From Candidatus Omnitrophota bacterium (GTDB taxonomy: Bacteria > Omnitrophota > Gorgyraeia > Gygaellales > Profunditerraquicolaceae), in contig JAZDMX010000015.1 of assembly GCA_043800555.1 (NCBI GenBank), positions 19,218 to 83,217 of the forward strand: a DNA stretch of 64,000 bases. Reading direction: 5' to 3'. The position numbers were made by a program, and so were the translations under genes. The stretch's first letter is position 1, and each line of letters begins with the position of its first letter. The notes beneath the pieces are model-generated. The model was not told the DNA's origin, did no database searches, and saw only the letters and a program-made list of their open reading frames with translations. Below, piece by piece: positions 50,544-60,214 of the stretch.

Positions 50544-50771
50544 ATGCTTAAAAAATGTGCTTTATGCGGAAAAGGCGAACTTAAAGGTAAAACTGTCACG
50601 CGCAAGGGCCAATATAAGGCCAAAGGCGGCACAGGCTCCAAGATCAGCCGCTGGACTATGCGTAAATTCCTCCCCAACTTGCAGTCGATGACCATTTTTA
50701 TCGGAGGACGCCCAGAAAAAGTTTACGTCTGCGCAAAATGTATCAAAAAAGGCGACTTCAAGAAGGCCTGA
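50544..50771 (+). CDS. rpmB: 50S ribosomal protein L28 (bL28)
   Basis: Sequence: MLKKCALCGKG...RKFLPNLQSMTIF...VYVCAKCIKKG. This shows the bL28 signature R(R/K)FxPNLQ and a C4 zinc ribbon. The ATG at 50544 lies 8 nt after AAGGAG; the track's GTG at 50535 is probably too early. Confidence 0.85.
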   Translation: MLKKCALCGKGELKGKTVTRKGQYKAKGGTGSKISRWTMRKFLPNLQSMTIFIGGRPEKVYVCAKCIKKGDFKKA

Positions 50772-50780
50772 ATTCCCTGC

Positions 50781-52469
50781 CTATTTAAAGAATATATCTT
50801 TAGCCTCTAAAATTATCGAGGAATTATCCAGCCAGTTATCCATGCGCAGGGCATAAACTATATCTATGGTTTTCGCCTCAACGAGGTTTGCGCACAAAGG
50901 CTCCATTCCAAAACCAATCACCTGGACAGAGGCCTCTCCATCACCAACCCAGAATTTTAAAGTTTGACGCGCTAGTTTTTGCGGCTCTCCTTTTAATTTA
51001 AGGCCCCGGGTATAAAAAAGCGGCTCGGGATTAGCTGTCCCAAAGGGTTCTAATTTCTCCAGCTCTCCGGCCAACTCTTCATTCAAATCCGACAGGCTCA
51101 GCTCCATATCAATATCCAAGCCCGGTAAAAGGTCCTCCAGGGACATTTTTTCACGCGCCAGCTCATTGAGGCTTTTGCGGAAATCGCCGATACTCTCGCG
51201 GGTAATCGTAAGCCCTGCGGCATGGGCATGCCCGCCAAAGGCCTCCAGGAACTGCCGGCATTCTCCCAAGGCATGAAACAAATGAAAATTCTTTATTGAG
51301 CGGCCCGAGCCCTTGCACATCTTGTCATTCAACGAGATTACGATTGCCGGCCGGTAGAACCTATCCGCTAATTTCGCTGCCACTATCCCCAAAACTCCCC
51401 TGTGCCAATCTTCTTTGGCCACGACAATAACTTTATGTTCTTTAAAATTGACTTCCTTATTGATAATATCCTCGGCTTCTTCCATAATCCTTGCTTCTAT
51501 CTTCTGGCGAGCACGGTTATGCTGCTCAAGCGTCCTGGCCAGTGCTTGCGCTTCTTGAAAATCCGAACTCAATAAAAGGCTTAACGAAGCCTCAGCTGAA
51601 TCCATCCTGCCTGAAGCATTTAAACGCGGAGCCAAAATAAAGCTCACCGAGGTAGTAGTGAATGTCTTATTTCTTATCCCGGCGCCATCAATCAAAGCCC
51701 TTAACCCCGGCCTTTTGGTCTTAGAAATCCGGGCCAAGCCTTCTTTGGCAATTACGCGGTTCTCCCCGGTCAAAGAAACAACATCGGCTATAGTGCCTAA
51801 AGCTACCAGGTCCAATGCCTCGAGTAATTTTGAGTTGGTTAGAGCCTGACAAAGCTTATAGACGACGCCGACTCCCGCTAATTCGCGGAATTTATAACCG
51901 GAATCTTTGGCTTTGGGATTAATTATGCTTAAGGCCGGCGGTAAAGTATGCCCTTGAGGCTCATGGTGATCAGTAATGATGGTATCGATATTATGCCGCT
52001 TCAACTCTATTATTTCATCGTGGTTGGCTATCCCGCAATCCACGGTAATCAAAAGTTTTATATTTTTGTCTTTTGCGGCTTTCGCGATGTTTTTATTCAG
52101 GCCGTATCCATCGTCTATCCTGTGCGGGATATGATGCGTCACCTGGACTCCCGCTTTTTGCAAACATTGCTTAAGGAGGGCTACGCTGGTTAGGCCATCA
52201 ACATCGTAGTCGCCAAAAATCATGACTTTTTCTTTCTTGTCTTTGGCTTCCTTAATGCGCGTAAGGACGCCTCGCATTGAACGGAAAAGAAACGGATTAA
52301 GCAAATGCTCCGTCTTGACATCGATAAACCTGCCGGCTTCACCTATGTCGGTAAGCCCTCGATTAATCAAAACCTGGGCCAGGATCTTAGATATTTTAAG
52401 TTCCTGGCTTAAAACATTTTGAAGTTGTGTTTGGGGAAAGGCGATTCTTAGTATCTTGTGGGAACGCAT
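50781..52469 (-). CDS. recJ: single-stranded-DNA-specific exonuclease RecJ
   Basis: DHH motifs (IFGDYDVDG, TVDCGIANHDEI, DHHEP). DHHA1 domain and C-terminal OB-like region. 562 aa. Confidence 0.9.
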   Translation of the reverse strand: MRSHKILRIAFPQTQLQNVLSQELKISKILAQVLINRGLTDIGEAGRFIDVKTEHLLNPFLFRSMRGVLTRIKEAKDKKEKVMIFGDYDVDGLTSVALLKQCLQKAGVQVTHHIPHRIDDGYGLNKNIAKAAKDKNIKLLITVDCGIANHDEIIELKRHNIDTIITDHHEPQGHTLPPALSIINPKAKDSGYKFRELAGVGVVYKLCQALTNSKLLEALDLVALGTIADVVSLTGENRVIAKEGLARISKTKRPGLRALIDGAGIRNKTFTTTSVSFILAPRLNASGRMDSAEASLSLLLSSDFQEAQALARTLEQHNRARQKIEARIMEEAEDIINKEVNFKEHKVIVVAKEDWHRGVLGIVAAKLADRFYRPAIVISLNDKMCKGSGRSIKNFHLFHALGECRQFLEAFGGHAHAAGLTITRESIGDFRKSLNELAREKMSLEDLLPGLDIDMELSLSDLNEELAGELEKLEPFGTANPEPLFYTRGLKLKGEPQKLARQTLKFWVGDGEASVQVIGFGMEPLCANLVEAKTIDIVYALRMDNWLDNSSIILEAKDIFFK

Positions 52470-52472
52470 AAA

Positions 52473-54110
52473 TTACATCTTTTCGGGTTTTGAAATACCC
52501 AATAAATCCAGCCCGCAGGCGATAACCGTCCTTACCCCTTCGATAAGGGCCAGCCTCGCCTGAGTAAGGGCAGGATCATCGGTTAAAACACGGTGCAGGT
52601 CGTAAAACTTATGAAAGGCCTCAGAAAGTTCCTGAGAGTAAACAGTAAGCATATAAGGATCCTGGGACTTAAAACAAGTTTCCAGGATACAGGGAAGCTG
52701 CAGCATTTTCTTGATTAAGTTTAACTCTTCTTTTTCCTTTAACAAAGACAGGTCTGCGCCTTTATCCAATTTTACCGCGCTGGAACGCAAAATACTGCAA
52801 ATGCGGGCATAGGCGTATTGCACATAATAGACCGGATTCTCGGAAGTTTGTTTTTTAGCCACTTCCAAATCAAAATCCAAATGGCTGGAAGTCCGGCGCA
52901 TAAGAAAGAAAAATCTGGCGGCGTCCTTTCCCACCTCATCCAGGACCTCCCTTAATGTGATATACTCCCCGCGGCGGGTGGACATCTGCACCGGCACGCC
53001 GTTCCTGGAAATCGTAGCTAACTGCACGATGACTACCGACAATGAATCCGGGTCCCTCCCGAATGCCGCAACCGAGGCCTTAAGCCTGCTGATATAACCG
53101 TGATGATCCGGGCCCCAGAGATTAATCAGCCGCTTGAAACCCCGCTTATATTTATCATCATGATAGGCGATATCAGGGGCTAAATAGGTATAAGAAGCGT
53201 CGCTTTTTATAACCACCCTGTCTTTATCATCGCCAAAGGCGCTGGATTTAAACCAGAGCGCGCCATCCTGTTCATAAAGAAAGTCGCTATTCTTTAAGAA
53301 TTCAAACGCCTTGTTTATCTTATCGCTTTTGCCCAATTCTTTCTGCGAATACCAGCAGTCAAATTCCACTCCAAAATCATCCAACTCTTTACGGATTATG
53401 CCCAAAATATAATTTCCCGCAAAATCCCCCAGCTCTGGCGGTTTTATGCTTCTTTCCCCGGCTAGCCTGGCTATCTCTTTAATATAATCGCCTTGATAAT
53501 AATTTTCCGGGAAATCAATTTTTTCGCCTGCCAGCTCTTTCATCCTTAGCTCTACGGAACTGCCGAGAATATTAATCTGGTTACCTTCATCATTAAGGTA
53601 ATATTCTCTTTTGACCTTAAAACCTAAGAAATCCAGGACATTGGCCAAGCAATCACCTACGGCTGCCTGCCTTGCGTGAGCCACCGACAAAGAACCGGTA
53701 GGATTGGCGCTGACAAATTCGATTAATACCGGCTCGCCTTGGCCTAGGTTGAGCTTAAGGGCAACGGCCCCCCTTTCTAAAATATCCTTCAGTTGTTCGC
53801 GTAAATAAATTTCGCTTAGGTAAAAATTTATAAAACCCGCCCCTTCGGCCTTAATCTCCTTAAGATATCCTCCTAAAGGATATTGCCCCTTCTTTCTTTC
53901 TATGGCTTCTATTATGTGAACGGCCACATCGCGAGGGGGTTTCTTCAAGGCCTTGCTTAAACGCATGGCGATGTTCGTGGAGAAATCTCCGAAGCGGTTA
54001 TCTGCCGGTATCTCCAGATAAAAACCTTCGCTTAAGGAATCCCCTAAGCCCAATTCCTTTAAGGCCAGTTTCACCAGCTTTATTATTTGCTCCTGAATGT
54101 TTTCTTTCAT
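52473..54110 (-). CDS. argS: arginyl-tRNA synthetase
   Basis: 545 aa. N-terminal Arg_tRNA_synt_N domain. Class I HIGH-like motif (SANPTGSLSVAHAR). DALR anticodon-binding C-terminus. Confidence 0.95.
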   Translation of the reverse strand: MKENIQEQIIKLVKLALKELGLGDSLSEGFYLEIPADNRFGDFSTNIAMRLSKALKKPPRDVAVHIIEAIERKKGQYPLGGYLKEIKAEGAGFINFYLSEIYLREQLKDILERGAVALKLNLGQGEPVLIEFVSANPTGSLSVAHARQAAVGDCLANVLDFLGFKVKREYYLNDEGNQINILGSSVELRMKELAGEKIDFPENYYQGDYIKEIARLAGERSIKPPELGDFAGNYILGIIRKELDDFGVEFDCWYSQKELGKSDKINKAFEFLKNSDFLYEQDGALWFKSSAFGDDKDRVVIKSDASYTYLAPDIAYHDDKYKRGFKRLINLWGPDHHGYISRLKASVAAFGRDPDSLSVVIVQLATISRNGVPVQMSTRRGEYITLREVLDEVGKDAARFFFLMRRTSSHLDFDLEVAKKQTSENPVYYVQYAYARICSILRSSAVKLDKGADLSLLKEKEELNLIKKMLQLPCILETCFKSQDPYMLTVYSQELSEAFHKFYDLHRVLTDDPALTQARLALIEGVRTVIACGLDLLGISKPEKM

Positions 54111-54111
54111 T

Positions 54112-54468
54112 TTAACAAGGCTTACGCGGGAGGGCTACTTTCTTTGCGTCAGACCAGAGGCGTTCTAAGGCGTAAAATTCGCGAACCGGTTTATAAAACA
54201 CATGCGTCACTACCGAACAAAAATCCAAAACTACCCATCCTGATTCATCGTTACTCAATACTTTCGAAAGCGGCTTCAGGTTATCCGAAGCTAAATCCTC
54301 TTCTATGCCCCGGGCAATGGCATTTGTTTGCCTTAAACTCGTGGCGCTGGCAATAACAAAATAATCGCAGAAGGAAGTAACCCCGCGCATATCCAAGATT
54401 ACCACCTTCTGCGCTTTTTTAGACTTAGCAGCTACCGCAATTCGTTGAGCTAACTTTTTTGTATCAAT
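54112..54468 (-). CDS. rsfS: ribosome silencing factor RsfS (Iojap)
   Basis: Core: ILDMRGVTSFCDYFVIASATS...VVLDFCSVVTHVF..REFYALERLW. The track ORF (to 54405, GTG) lacks the 20-residue N-terminal helix found in characterised RsfS. The in-frame ATT at 54466-54468 is preceded by AAGAGG 8 nt upstream. That start would restore the helix (IDTKKLAQRIAVAAKSKKAQK...). Confidence 0.7.
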   Translation of the reverse strand: MDTKKLAQRIAVAAKSKKAQKVVILDMRGVTSFCDYFVIASATSLRQTNAIARGIEEDLASDNLKPLSKVLSNDESGWVVLDFCSVVTHVFYKPVREFYALERLWSDAKKVALPRKPC

Positions 54469-54550
54469 TGCTGCGACCTCTTTTTATGCATCCGCCGCTT
54501 AAAAACCCCGTTAAAAAGAAGGAATAAAAACGGCGTTGATTTTAATAAAA

Positions 54551-54697
54551 TTATTTGCCTAAGATCTTATACATCCCCGTGTCGCAAGAAGTACACTTCC
54601 CTTTCATTGCCTGACGGCCGTTCTTCATAGTGACTTTTTGCTCGTCTTTCATATCTTTCTTGGCTTTACATTTAACGCAATAACCTTTTTCTGCCAT
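54551..54697 (-). CDS. small Cys4 zinc-ribbon protein (48 aa)
   Basis: My translation: MAEKGYCVKCKAKKDMKDEQKVTMKNGRQAMKGKCTSCDTGMYKILGK. It has CxxC-N24-CxxC and a strong AAGGAGGAAGG Shine-Dalgarno sequence. Confidence 0.5.
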   Translation of the reverse strand: MAEKGYCVKCKAKKDMKDEQKVTMKNGRQAMKGKCTSCDTGMYKILGK

Positions 54698-54809
54698 TTC
54701 CTTCCTCCTTGTTAGAAAACATTGATTGCCCGAATTCTTAAACCGGCTACGCGGGTTATTTCACTAAGGCCAACCCGCCTTAAGCCGCTGCAAGCCTTTA
54801 TTACTATTT

Positions 54810-54837
54810 ATTATACTATCCGGAACGAAAAAATCAA
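54810..54837 (-). promoter_or_regulatory. sigma-70 promoter (-35 TTGATT, 16 nt, -10 TATAAT) upstream of the zinc-ribbon gene, followed by a structured leader of about 110 nt
   Basis: Minus strand: aaTTGATTttttcgttccggatagTATAATaaatagtaat. It overlaps the 3' end of the CorC-family gene. Confidence 0.55.
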
Positions 54838-54840
54838 TTT

Positions 54841-55869
54841 TTATTTGTAAAGCTGGCCTGCCGCGCGGTCTTCTTCTATTTCACCGACAATCTCCTCAAT
54901 AAGATCCTCCAGGGTAAGAAGGCCAAGCGTATTTTTTAAGCCATCCACGACTATGGCAATCTGGATTTTATCCGATTGGAACTTTCTCAAGAGTTCATTT
55001 ACCCGCATATTCTCCGGGATATAATGGGCCTCATGCACCAGATCCTGCAGGAGAAACAAGCCTTTGTCCCTCAATATATAAAGCAGGTCGCGGGCATAAA
55101 TAATCCCCACTACGTTATCTATGGCTCCTTTATATACGGGGAGCCGGGCGTGCCCCTCTTCCACAAATATGTTCAACAATTCCTCCGGGGTAACGTTAAT
55201 ATTCACCGCCACCATCTTGCTCTTGGGGACCATGACGTCTTTTACCTTAGTATCCCCGAATTCAAAAATACGGTGCAGCATTTTTCTCTCTTCGTCGCTT
55301 AAGACCCCCTCATCTTTGCCTACTTCTATCATAAGGCGCAACTCTTCTTCGGTTATAAGAGGAGACCTCTTTGTGGGGGTTAAATTGAATAGTTTAAGCA
55401 GAAAATTACTGATATTGATAAAAAAATCAATAACCGGGCTTAATACCTTAATGAAAGTCTCCATGAACGGGGCGATAAAAAGGGCCGATTTCTCGGTATG
55501 CTTTGCCGCCAATATCTTGGGAGTTATTTCACAGAAAACAAGGAGGAAGAATGTCGTAAAGAAAGTAGCTATAAGCGCGCTCCAATTAGAACCGAATATG
55601 GGGATACAAAAAACGGTCACGATCGCCGATATGGCGGTATTCACAAAATCGTTGCCGATAAGGATGGCGGCGATAAATCTATCCAATTTTGTAGCTAAGT
55701 TTTGAACGCTCTGGGCTCTTTTCACGCCTTGAGCAACCATATGGCGCAGCCGGATCTTGCTTAAAGCGATCACTGCAGTTTCGGCAACAGCAAAGAAAAA
55801 AGATAACGCAACCAAAACAATAAATACGATTACTATAATTGTATTTCCCATATCGTTTATTGCCGGCAA
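54841..55869 (-). CDS. CNNM/CorC/HlyC-family membrane protein (DUF21 + CBS pair)
   Basis: N-terminal DUF21 transmembrane domain (AVAETAVIALSKIRLRHM). A tandem CBS pair follows. There is no C-terminal CorC_HlyC domain. Confidence 0.8.
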   Translation of the reverse strand: MPAINDMGNTIIVIVFIVLVALSFFFAVAETAVIALSKIRLRHMVAQGVKRAQSVQNLATKLDRFIAAILIGNDFVNTAISAIVTVFCIPIFGSNWSALIATFFTTFFLLVFCEITPKILAAKHTEKSALFIAPFMETFIKVLSPVIDFFINISNFLLKLFNLTPTKRSPLITEEELRLMIEVGKDEGVLSDEERKMLHRIFEFGDTKVKDVMVPKSKMVAVNINVTPEELLNIFVEEGHARLPVYKGAIDNVVGIIYARDLLYILRDKGLFLLQDLVHEAHYIPENMRVNELLRKFQSDKIQIAIVVDGLKNTLGLLTLEDLIEEIVGEIEEDRAAGQLYK

Positions 55870-57125
55870 AAGGCTTTGAATATTCCTTCTTCCGCTTTCT
55901 TTAATGGCCCGATGAGGCTTAGGTTAATATTCTTCTTGTCAAATATCTTCCGCGCGGCCAGCCGTATATCATGCCTGCTCAGGCGGTTAACTTCAGAAAT
56001 GATTTCATCCAAAGAGACTGCCTTATCCAGCATAAGAGTGCTTTCGCCGATCCAAAGCATATGGTCCAAAGTATCTTCTAGCGCCAGCCTAAGCTGCCCT
56101 GTATAGAATTCTTTTGCCCGCTTAAACTCGCCCCTGGTCACCAGGCTGTCTTTTACTTTATACAACTCCTGCATAATCAACCGGATCGACTCGATTAACC
56201 GTTTGTTATCTATCCCGGCGTGCACGACAAAAGCGCCGGTGTCCTGAAAACGTTTTACGAGCGTCCCTATTTCATACGCTAAACCCCTCTTTTCCCTTAG
56301 CTCATTAAATAAGCGGCTGGACATATTTGCCCCCAACACGACATTAAGCAGGCCCAAGGCGTGTTTTAAAGAATGCTCTCTTTTAAAAGCCCTGAAGCCC
56401 AGCGCCATATGAGTTTGTTCGGTATCTTTATAAAATATCTTTAAGGCCGGCTCACTCTGCCCTTCTCTTACGGGAAGAAAACTGTTTAAATCTTTCTTCT
56501 GAAGCCCGGAAAATGCCCTTTCGATTGCGCGTTCCAATTTGCCATGCTCTAATTTTCCACAGGCGCTTACCGCGATATTTGAAGCGGTGTAATGCGTCCG
56601 CCTGAAATCCGACAGCTTCTTACGGTCTATCCCGTTTACCGAACCTACCGTCCCTATTATCGGTTCGCCCAAAGGCTGCTTTGGCCAGAGTAATTCATCC
56701 AGAAGCTCATAGACATAACTCTGGGGAAGGTCTTTATACATTTTTAATTCTTCCAGAATTACCGTTTTTTCTTTATCCATCTCGCCGGCAGGCAAAGAGG
56801 GATTTACCACCATATCCGATAATATGCTTAATCCGGTATTTAGCCGGCTAGCCGGGACCTTCGCCAGATAACAAGTAAATTCTTCGGAGGTAAAACCGTT
56901 TAACGAGCCTCCTATCCCTTCGATGGATTCTTTAAGCTTACGGCAGGAGTATTTTTTGGTGCCTTTAAATAAAAGGTGCTCCAGAAAATGCGAAATTCCC
57001 TTATTGCCGGAATTTTCATGCCTGCCGCCTACATTGATCCATATGCCCAATGCCACTGACTCGCGGTTAGGCATCATATGGCTGACAATCTTTAACCCGT
57101 TATTTAAAACTGTTTTCTTATACAT
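55857..57125 (-). CDS. M16-family zinc metallopeptidase (insulinase-like)
   Basis: Inverted zinc motif HxxEH (GISHFLEHLLFKGT) and a downstream Glu. 422 aa with two M16 lobes. Confidence 0.85.
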   Translation of the reverse strand: MYKKTVLNNGLKIVSHMMPNRESVALGIWINVGGRHENSGNKGISHFLEHLLFKGTKKYSCRKLKESIEGIGGSLNGFTSEEFTCYLAKVPASRLNTGLSILSDMVVNPSLPAGEMDKEKTVILEELKMYKDLPQSYVYELLDELLWPKQPLGEPIIGTVGSVNGIDRKKLSDFRRTHYTASNIAVSACGKLEHGKLERAIERAFSGLQKKDLNSFLPVREGQSEPALKIFYKDTEQTHMALGFRAFKREHSLKHALGLLNVVLGANMSSRLFNELREKRGLAYEIGTLVKRFQDTGAFVVHAGIDNKRLIESIRLIMQELYKVKDSLVTRGEFKRAKEFYTGQLRLALEDTLDHMLWIGESTLMLDKAVSLDEIISEVNRLSRHDIRLAARKIFDKKNINLSLIGPLKKAEEGIFKAFCRQ

Positions 57126-57280
57126 ATTCTAATGTTCAATACAAAGCTTGCGCTCGCCTGGCGCCTTAGGGTTTCCCGCCTGTTTCATCTTGCCTCCCGC
57201 CTCCATAAACAGGTAGCCGGGGTTATCTGTAACCGGCTAAGCGTTACGGCCTAAAGGCTTAGTGCCCCAAATCTTGTCAT

Positions 57281-58069
57281 CTAGCCGGCCTTCAGGCTTT
57301 CTACAAAATTGCTCACCTTCTTGATCAAGTTAGGCGAACCGGCGTTTTCTTTTATCTTTCTTACGATGGCGCTTCCGATAATTACTCCATCGGCAAGGCG
57401 TTTGATTTCTCTTATTTGTCCGGGGGTAGAAATTCCAAAGCCTACGCAAACAGGTTTGCCGGTATGGCTTTTAATCAGATTAATGTTCTTACGGATATCG
57501 CCGGCTAGCCCTTTACGCGCCCCGGTTACGCCGGTTACAGAAACATAATAGATGAAGCCGCTGGAGACCCCGGAGATAAGCTTTATCCTTTTTAAGCTGC
57601 TAGTCGGAGAAAGGAAAAATATTGTGTCTAAGCCGGCGATTTTGGCTGATTTTATGAAAACCCCGCCTTCTTCCGGAGGCAAATCCGGAATAATCAACCC
57701 GTCTACTCCGGATTCTTTGGCCTTGGCTATGAATTGCTTCTCCGGGAAGCAGAATACCGGATTATAATAAGTCATGAGGCAAATTGGTATTTTCGCTTTT
57801 CTTCGCGCCCTCTTAACCAGGGTTAATATATCGGCCAGATGCGTATTCTTCTTTAGGGCCTCCTGGGAAGCTTCTTGAATCACCGGGCCATCAGCCATGG
57901 GGTCGGAAAAAGGCACCCCCAATTCCAAAATATCCACGCCGATTCTATCAAATTCGTAGATGAGCTTTTCAGTTACGGCCAGATTAGGATAACCGGCGGT
58001 AATAAAAACTATAAAAGCCTTTTTACCGGTTTTCCGCAATTCCTCAAACTTCTTAGCTATCTTATTCAT
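57281..58069 (-). CDS. trpA: tryptophan synthase alpha chain
   Basis: TIM barrel with FITAGYP and GVDILELGVPFSDPMADGPVIQ motifs. Confidence 0.95.
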   Translation of the reverse strand: MNKIAKKFEELRKTGKKAFIVFITAGYPNLAVTEKLIYEFDRIGVDILELGVPFSDPMADGPVIQEASQEALKKNTHLADILTLVKRARRKAKIPICLMTYYNPVFCFPEKQFIAKAKESGVDGLIIPDLPPEEGGVFIKSAKIAGLDTIFFLSPTSSLKRIKLISGVSSGFIYYVSVTGVTGARKGLAGDIRKNINLIKSHTGKPVCVGFGISTPGQIREIKRLADGVIIGSAIVRKIKENAGSPNLIKKVSNFVESLKAG

Positions 58070-58070
58070 T

Positions 58071-59264
58071 CTATTTGTTTGGCCGCCTGCTACCTACTAC
58101 TATACCTAAATCTTTATCCCCTCTTCCGGAGAGACAAACCACAACAGTGGATTTCCTGCCGATTCTTCCGGCCATTTTCTTTAAGTACGCAATTGCGTGA
58201 GAGGATTCCAGGGCCGGGATTATCCCCTCCAGCTTAGAGAGCAAATTAAATCCTTCTAAAGCTTCTTTATCGTTAACTGAAACATACCGGGCGCGGCCTA
58301 TTTTCTTATAATAAGCGTGCTCCGGCCCGACACCCGGATAGTCCAGCCCGGCTGAAATCGAGTGAGTAAGGTTAACCTGTCCGAATTTATCCTCTAAGAG
58401 CCCTGATTTTGACCCATGCAATACGCCAATATCCCCGTTTACCAAAGTAGCTGCGTGTTTGCCGGAGGATAGGCCTTTGCCTCCTGCCTCCACCCCGATA
58501 AATTTTACCTTCTTATCATTAAAGAATGGATGGAAGAGGCCAAGGGCGTTACTCCCTCCGCCAACGCAAGCGACTAAATAATCCGGCAGCTCAATTGCAT
58601 TCTTCTTAAGCTGATGCCTGGTTTCCCTGCCGATGACCGACTGAAAATCTCTTACTAGCTCCGGGTAGGGATGCGGCCCGGCAACGGTCCCGATTATATA
58701 ATGCGTATCGCGCACATTAGTCACCCAATCGCGAAGCGCCTGAGTCATCGCGTCTTTTAAGGTCTTCGAGCCGCTTCTGACGGGAATTACCCTTGCTCCC
58801 AATAACCGCATGCGGAAAACGTTAGGCTCCTGCCGGGACATATCTTCTTCGCCCATATAAACATCGCACTTTAGGCCGAAAAGAGCGGCAACCGTCGCAG
58901 TAGCAACGCCGTGCTGGCCTGCGCCGGTTTCAGCGATGACACGCTGCTTTTTCATCCTCCGGCAAAGGAGCGCCTGGCCCAGGGTATTATTAATTTTATG
59001 CGCGCCGGTATGCAAAAGGTCTTCCCTCTTCAGGTATACCTTGTGCAGGCCTAAATAGCGGCTTAGTTTCCTGGCCAGATACAAAGGCGTAGGCCTGCCG
59101 GCATATTCATTCAAATAGTAAGCCAGTTCGGCATTGAATTTCTTATCGGCTTTGGCCTTACGATATTCCTTTTCTAACTCATCAAGCGCGAAAATAAGCG
59201 TTTCCGGGACAAACCTTCCGCCGAATTCCGCAAAATGCCCGAATTTATCCGGTAAATTATTCAT
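58071..59264 (-). CDS. trpB: tryptophan synthase beta chain
   Basis: PLP-lysine motif [15 protein letters not shown] glycine loop. 397 aa. Confidence 0.97.
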   Translation of the reverse strand: MNNLPDKFGHFAEFGGRFVPETLIFALDELEKEYRKAKADKKFNAELAYYLNEYAGRPTPLYLARKLSRYLGLHKVYLKREDLLHTGAHKINNTLGQALLCRRMKKQRVIAETGAGQHGVATATVAALFGLKCDVYMGEEDMSRQEPNVFRMRLLGARVIPVRSGSKTLKDAMTQALRDWVTNVRDTHYIIGTVAGPHPYPELVRDFQSVIGRETRHQLKKNAIELPDYLVACVGGGSNALGLFHPFFNDKKVKFIGVEAGGKGLSSGKHAATLVNGDIGVLHGSKSGLLEDKFGQVNLTHSISAGLDYPGVGPEHAYYKKIGRARYVSVNDKEALEGFNLLSKLEGIIPALESSHAIAYLKKMAGRIGRKSTVVVCLSGRGDKDLGIVVGSRRPNK

Positions 59265-59265
59265 T

Positions 59266-59583
59266 TTATAAAGTAACCCTCTCCCAAAAAATCTTTACGC
59301 CTTCGATCAAGTCATTCCATATCGGCCCGCCGATGCCAGGGGCACCAAACGTTTGCATATTATGCCCTGGCGGATAAAATACCGTATAGAACATTGACTT
59401 TATCAGGACAAAAATCAAGGCTACAAAGATATTTATCAATACCGCAAAAGCTATAAAACCGAGCAAGCATCCTAAAAGGCAATGGAGCCACTTCTTCTTT
59501 TTCTTTAAGAATTCTCCGCAATGCCTGCACTTCAACGCTTCATCCTGGATTTCTTCGGCGCAATACGGGCATCTTTTCATCAT
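59266..59583 (-). CDS. zinc-ribbon plus transmembrane hypothetical protein embedded in the trp operon
   Basis: Sequence: [31 protein letters not shown] followed by a transmembrane helix ([26 protein letters not shown]) and a short C-terminal tail. It overlaps the trpF stop by 4 nt and abuts the trpB start. Confidence 0.5.
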   Translation of the reverse strand: MMKRCPYCAEEIQDEALKCRHCGEFLKKKKKWLHCLLGCLLGFIAFAVLINIFVALIFVLIKSMFYTVFYPPGHNMQTFGAPGIGGPIWNDLIEGVKIFWERVTL

Positions 59584-60194
59584 GCTTTCGCGGCTTTCAT
59601 AAACCTTTGGATCTTCTTATGGTCCTTCTTGCCGGGCAGATATTCCAGGGAACTGGAGACGTCCACCCAGTCAGGCCGGACTTTTCTAATCGCGCTTAAT
59701 ACATTCGCGCTGGTCAAGCCCCCGGACAAAAAAACCTTACCGCTTATTTTATCCGCATTCTTTAATAAATTCCAGTTAAACTTTCTGCCTGTGCCCCCGG
59801 CACCAGATTTAGAAAATGCGTCAAAAAGGCGGCCAAAAACCTTATATTCCGATATCTCCGGTAAATTTATACCTTTACCGATCCTAAAAGCTTTAATGAC
59901 TTTATAACCTTTGAATTTCTTGCAGTAGCCTGCCGGCTCATTGCCGTGGAATTGCAGCATATCCAGATTGCACAGCCTGGCAATCTTCTTCACTGTTTCT
60001 TCTCTTTCATCAACAAACACGCCGACTCTCAAGATCTTCCTGGGAAGGATTCGTGAAATATTCCTCGCCTTCAGCGGCTCAATAAAACGCGGGCTTTTAC
60101 CGTAGAATACAAAACCAATGGCGTTTGCTCCGCTAAAAAAGCTGGCCAAGGCATCTTCCAGATTAGTTATCCCGCAGATCTTAACTTTAATCAT
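59580..60194 (-). CDS. trpF: phosphoribosylanthranilate isomerase
   Basis: N-terminus [13 protein letters not shown] barrel. 204 aa. Confidence 0.9.
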   Translation of the reverse strand: MIKVKICGITNLEDALASFFSGANAIGFVFYGKSPRFIEPLKARNISRILPRKILRVGVFVDEREETVKKIARLCNLDMLQFHGNEPAGYCKKFKGYKVIKAFRIGKGINLPEISEYKVFGRLFDAFSKSGAGGTGRKFNWNLLKNADKISGKVFLSGGLTSANVLSAIRKVRPDWVDVSSSLEYLPGKKDHKKIQRFMKAAKA

Positions 60195-60214
60195 ACAATT
60201 GAAACCCTAAGCCC

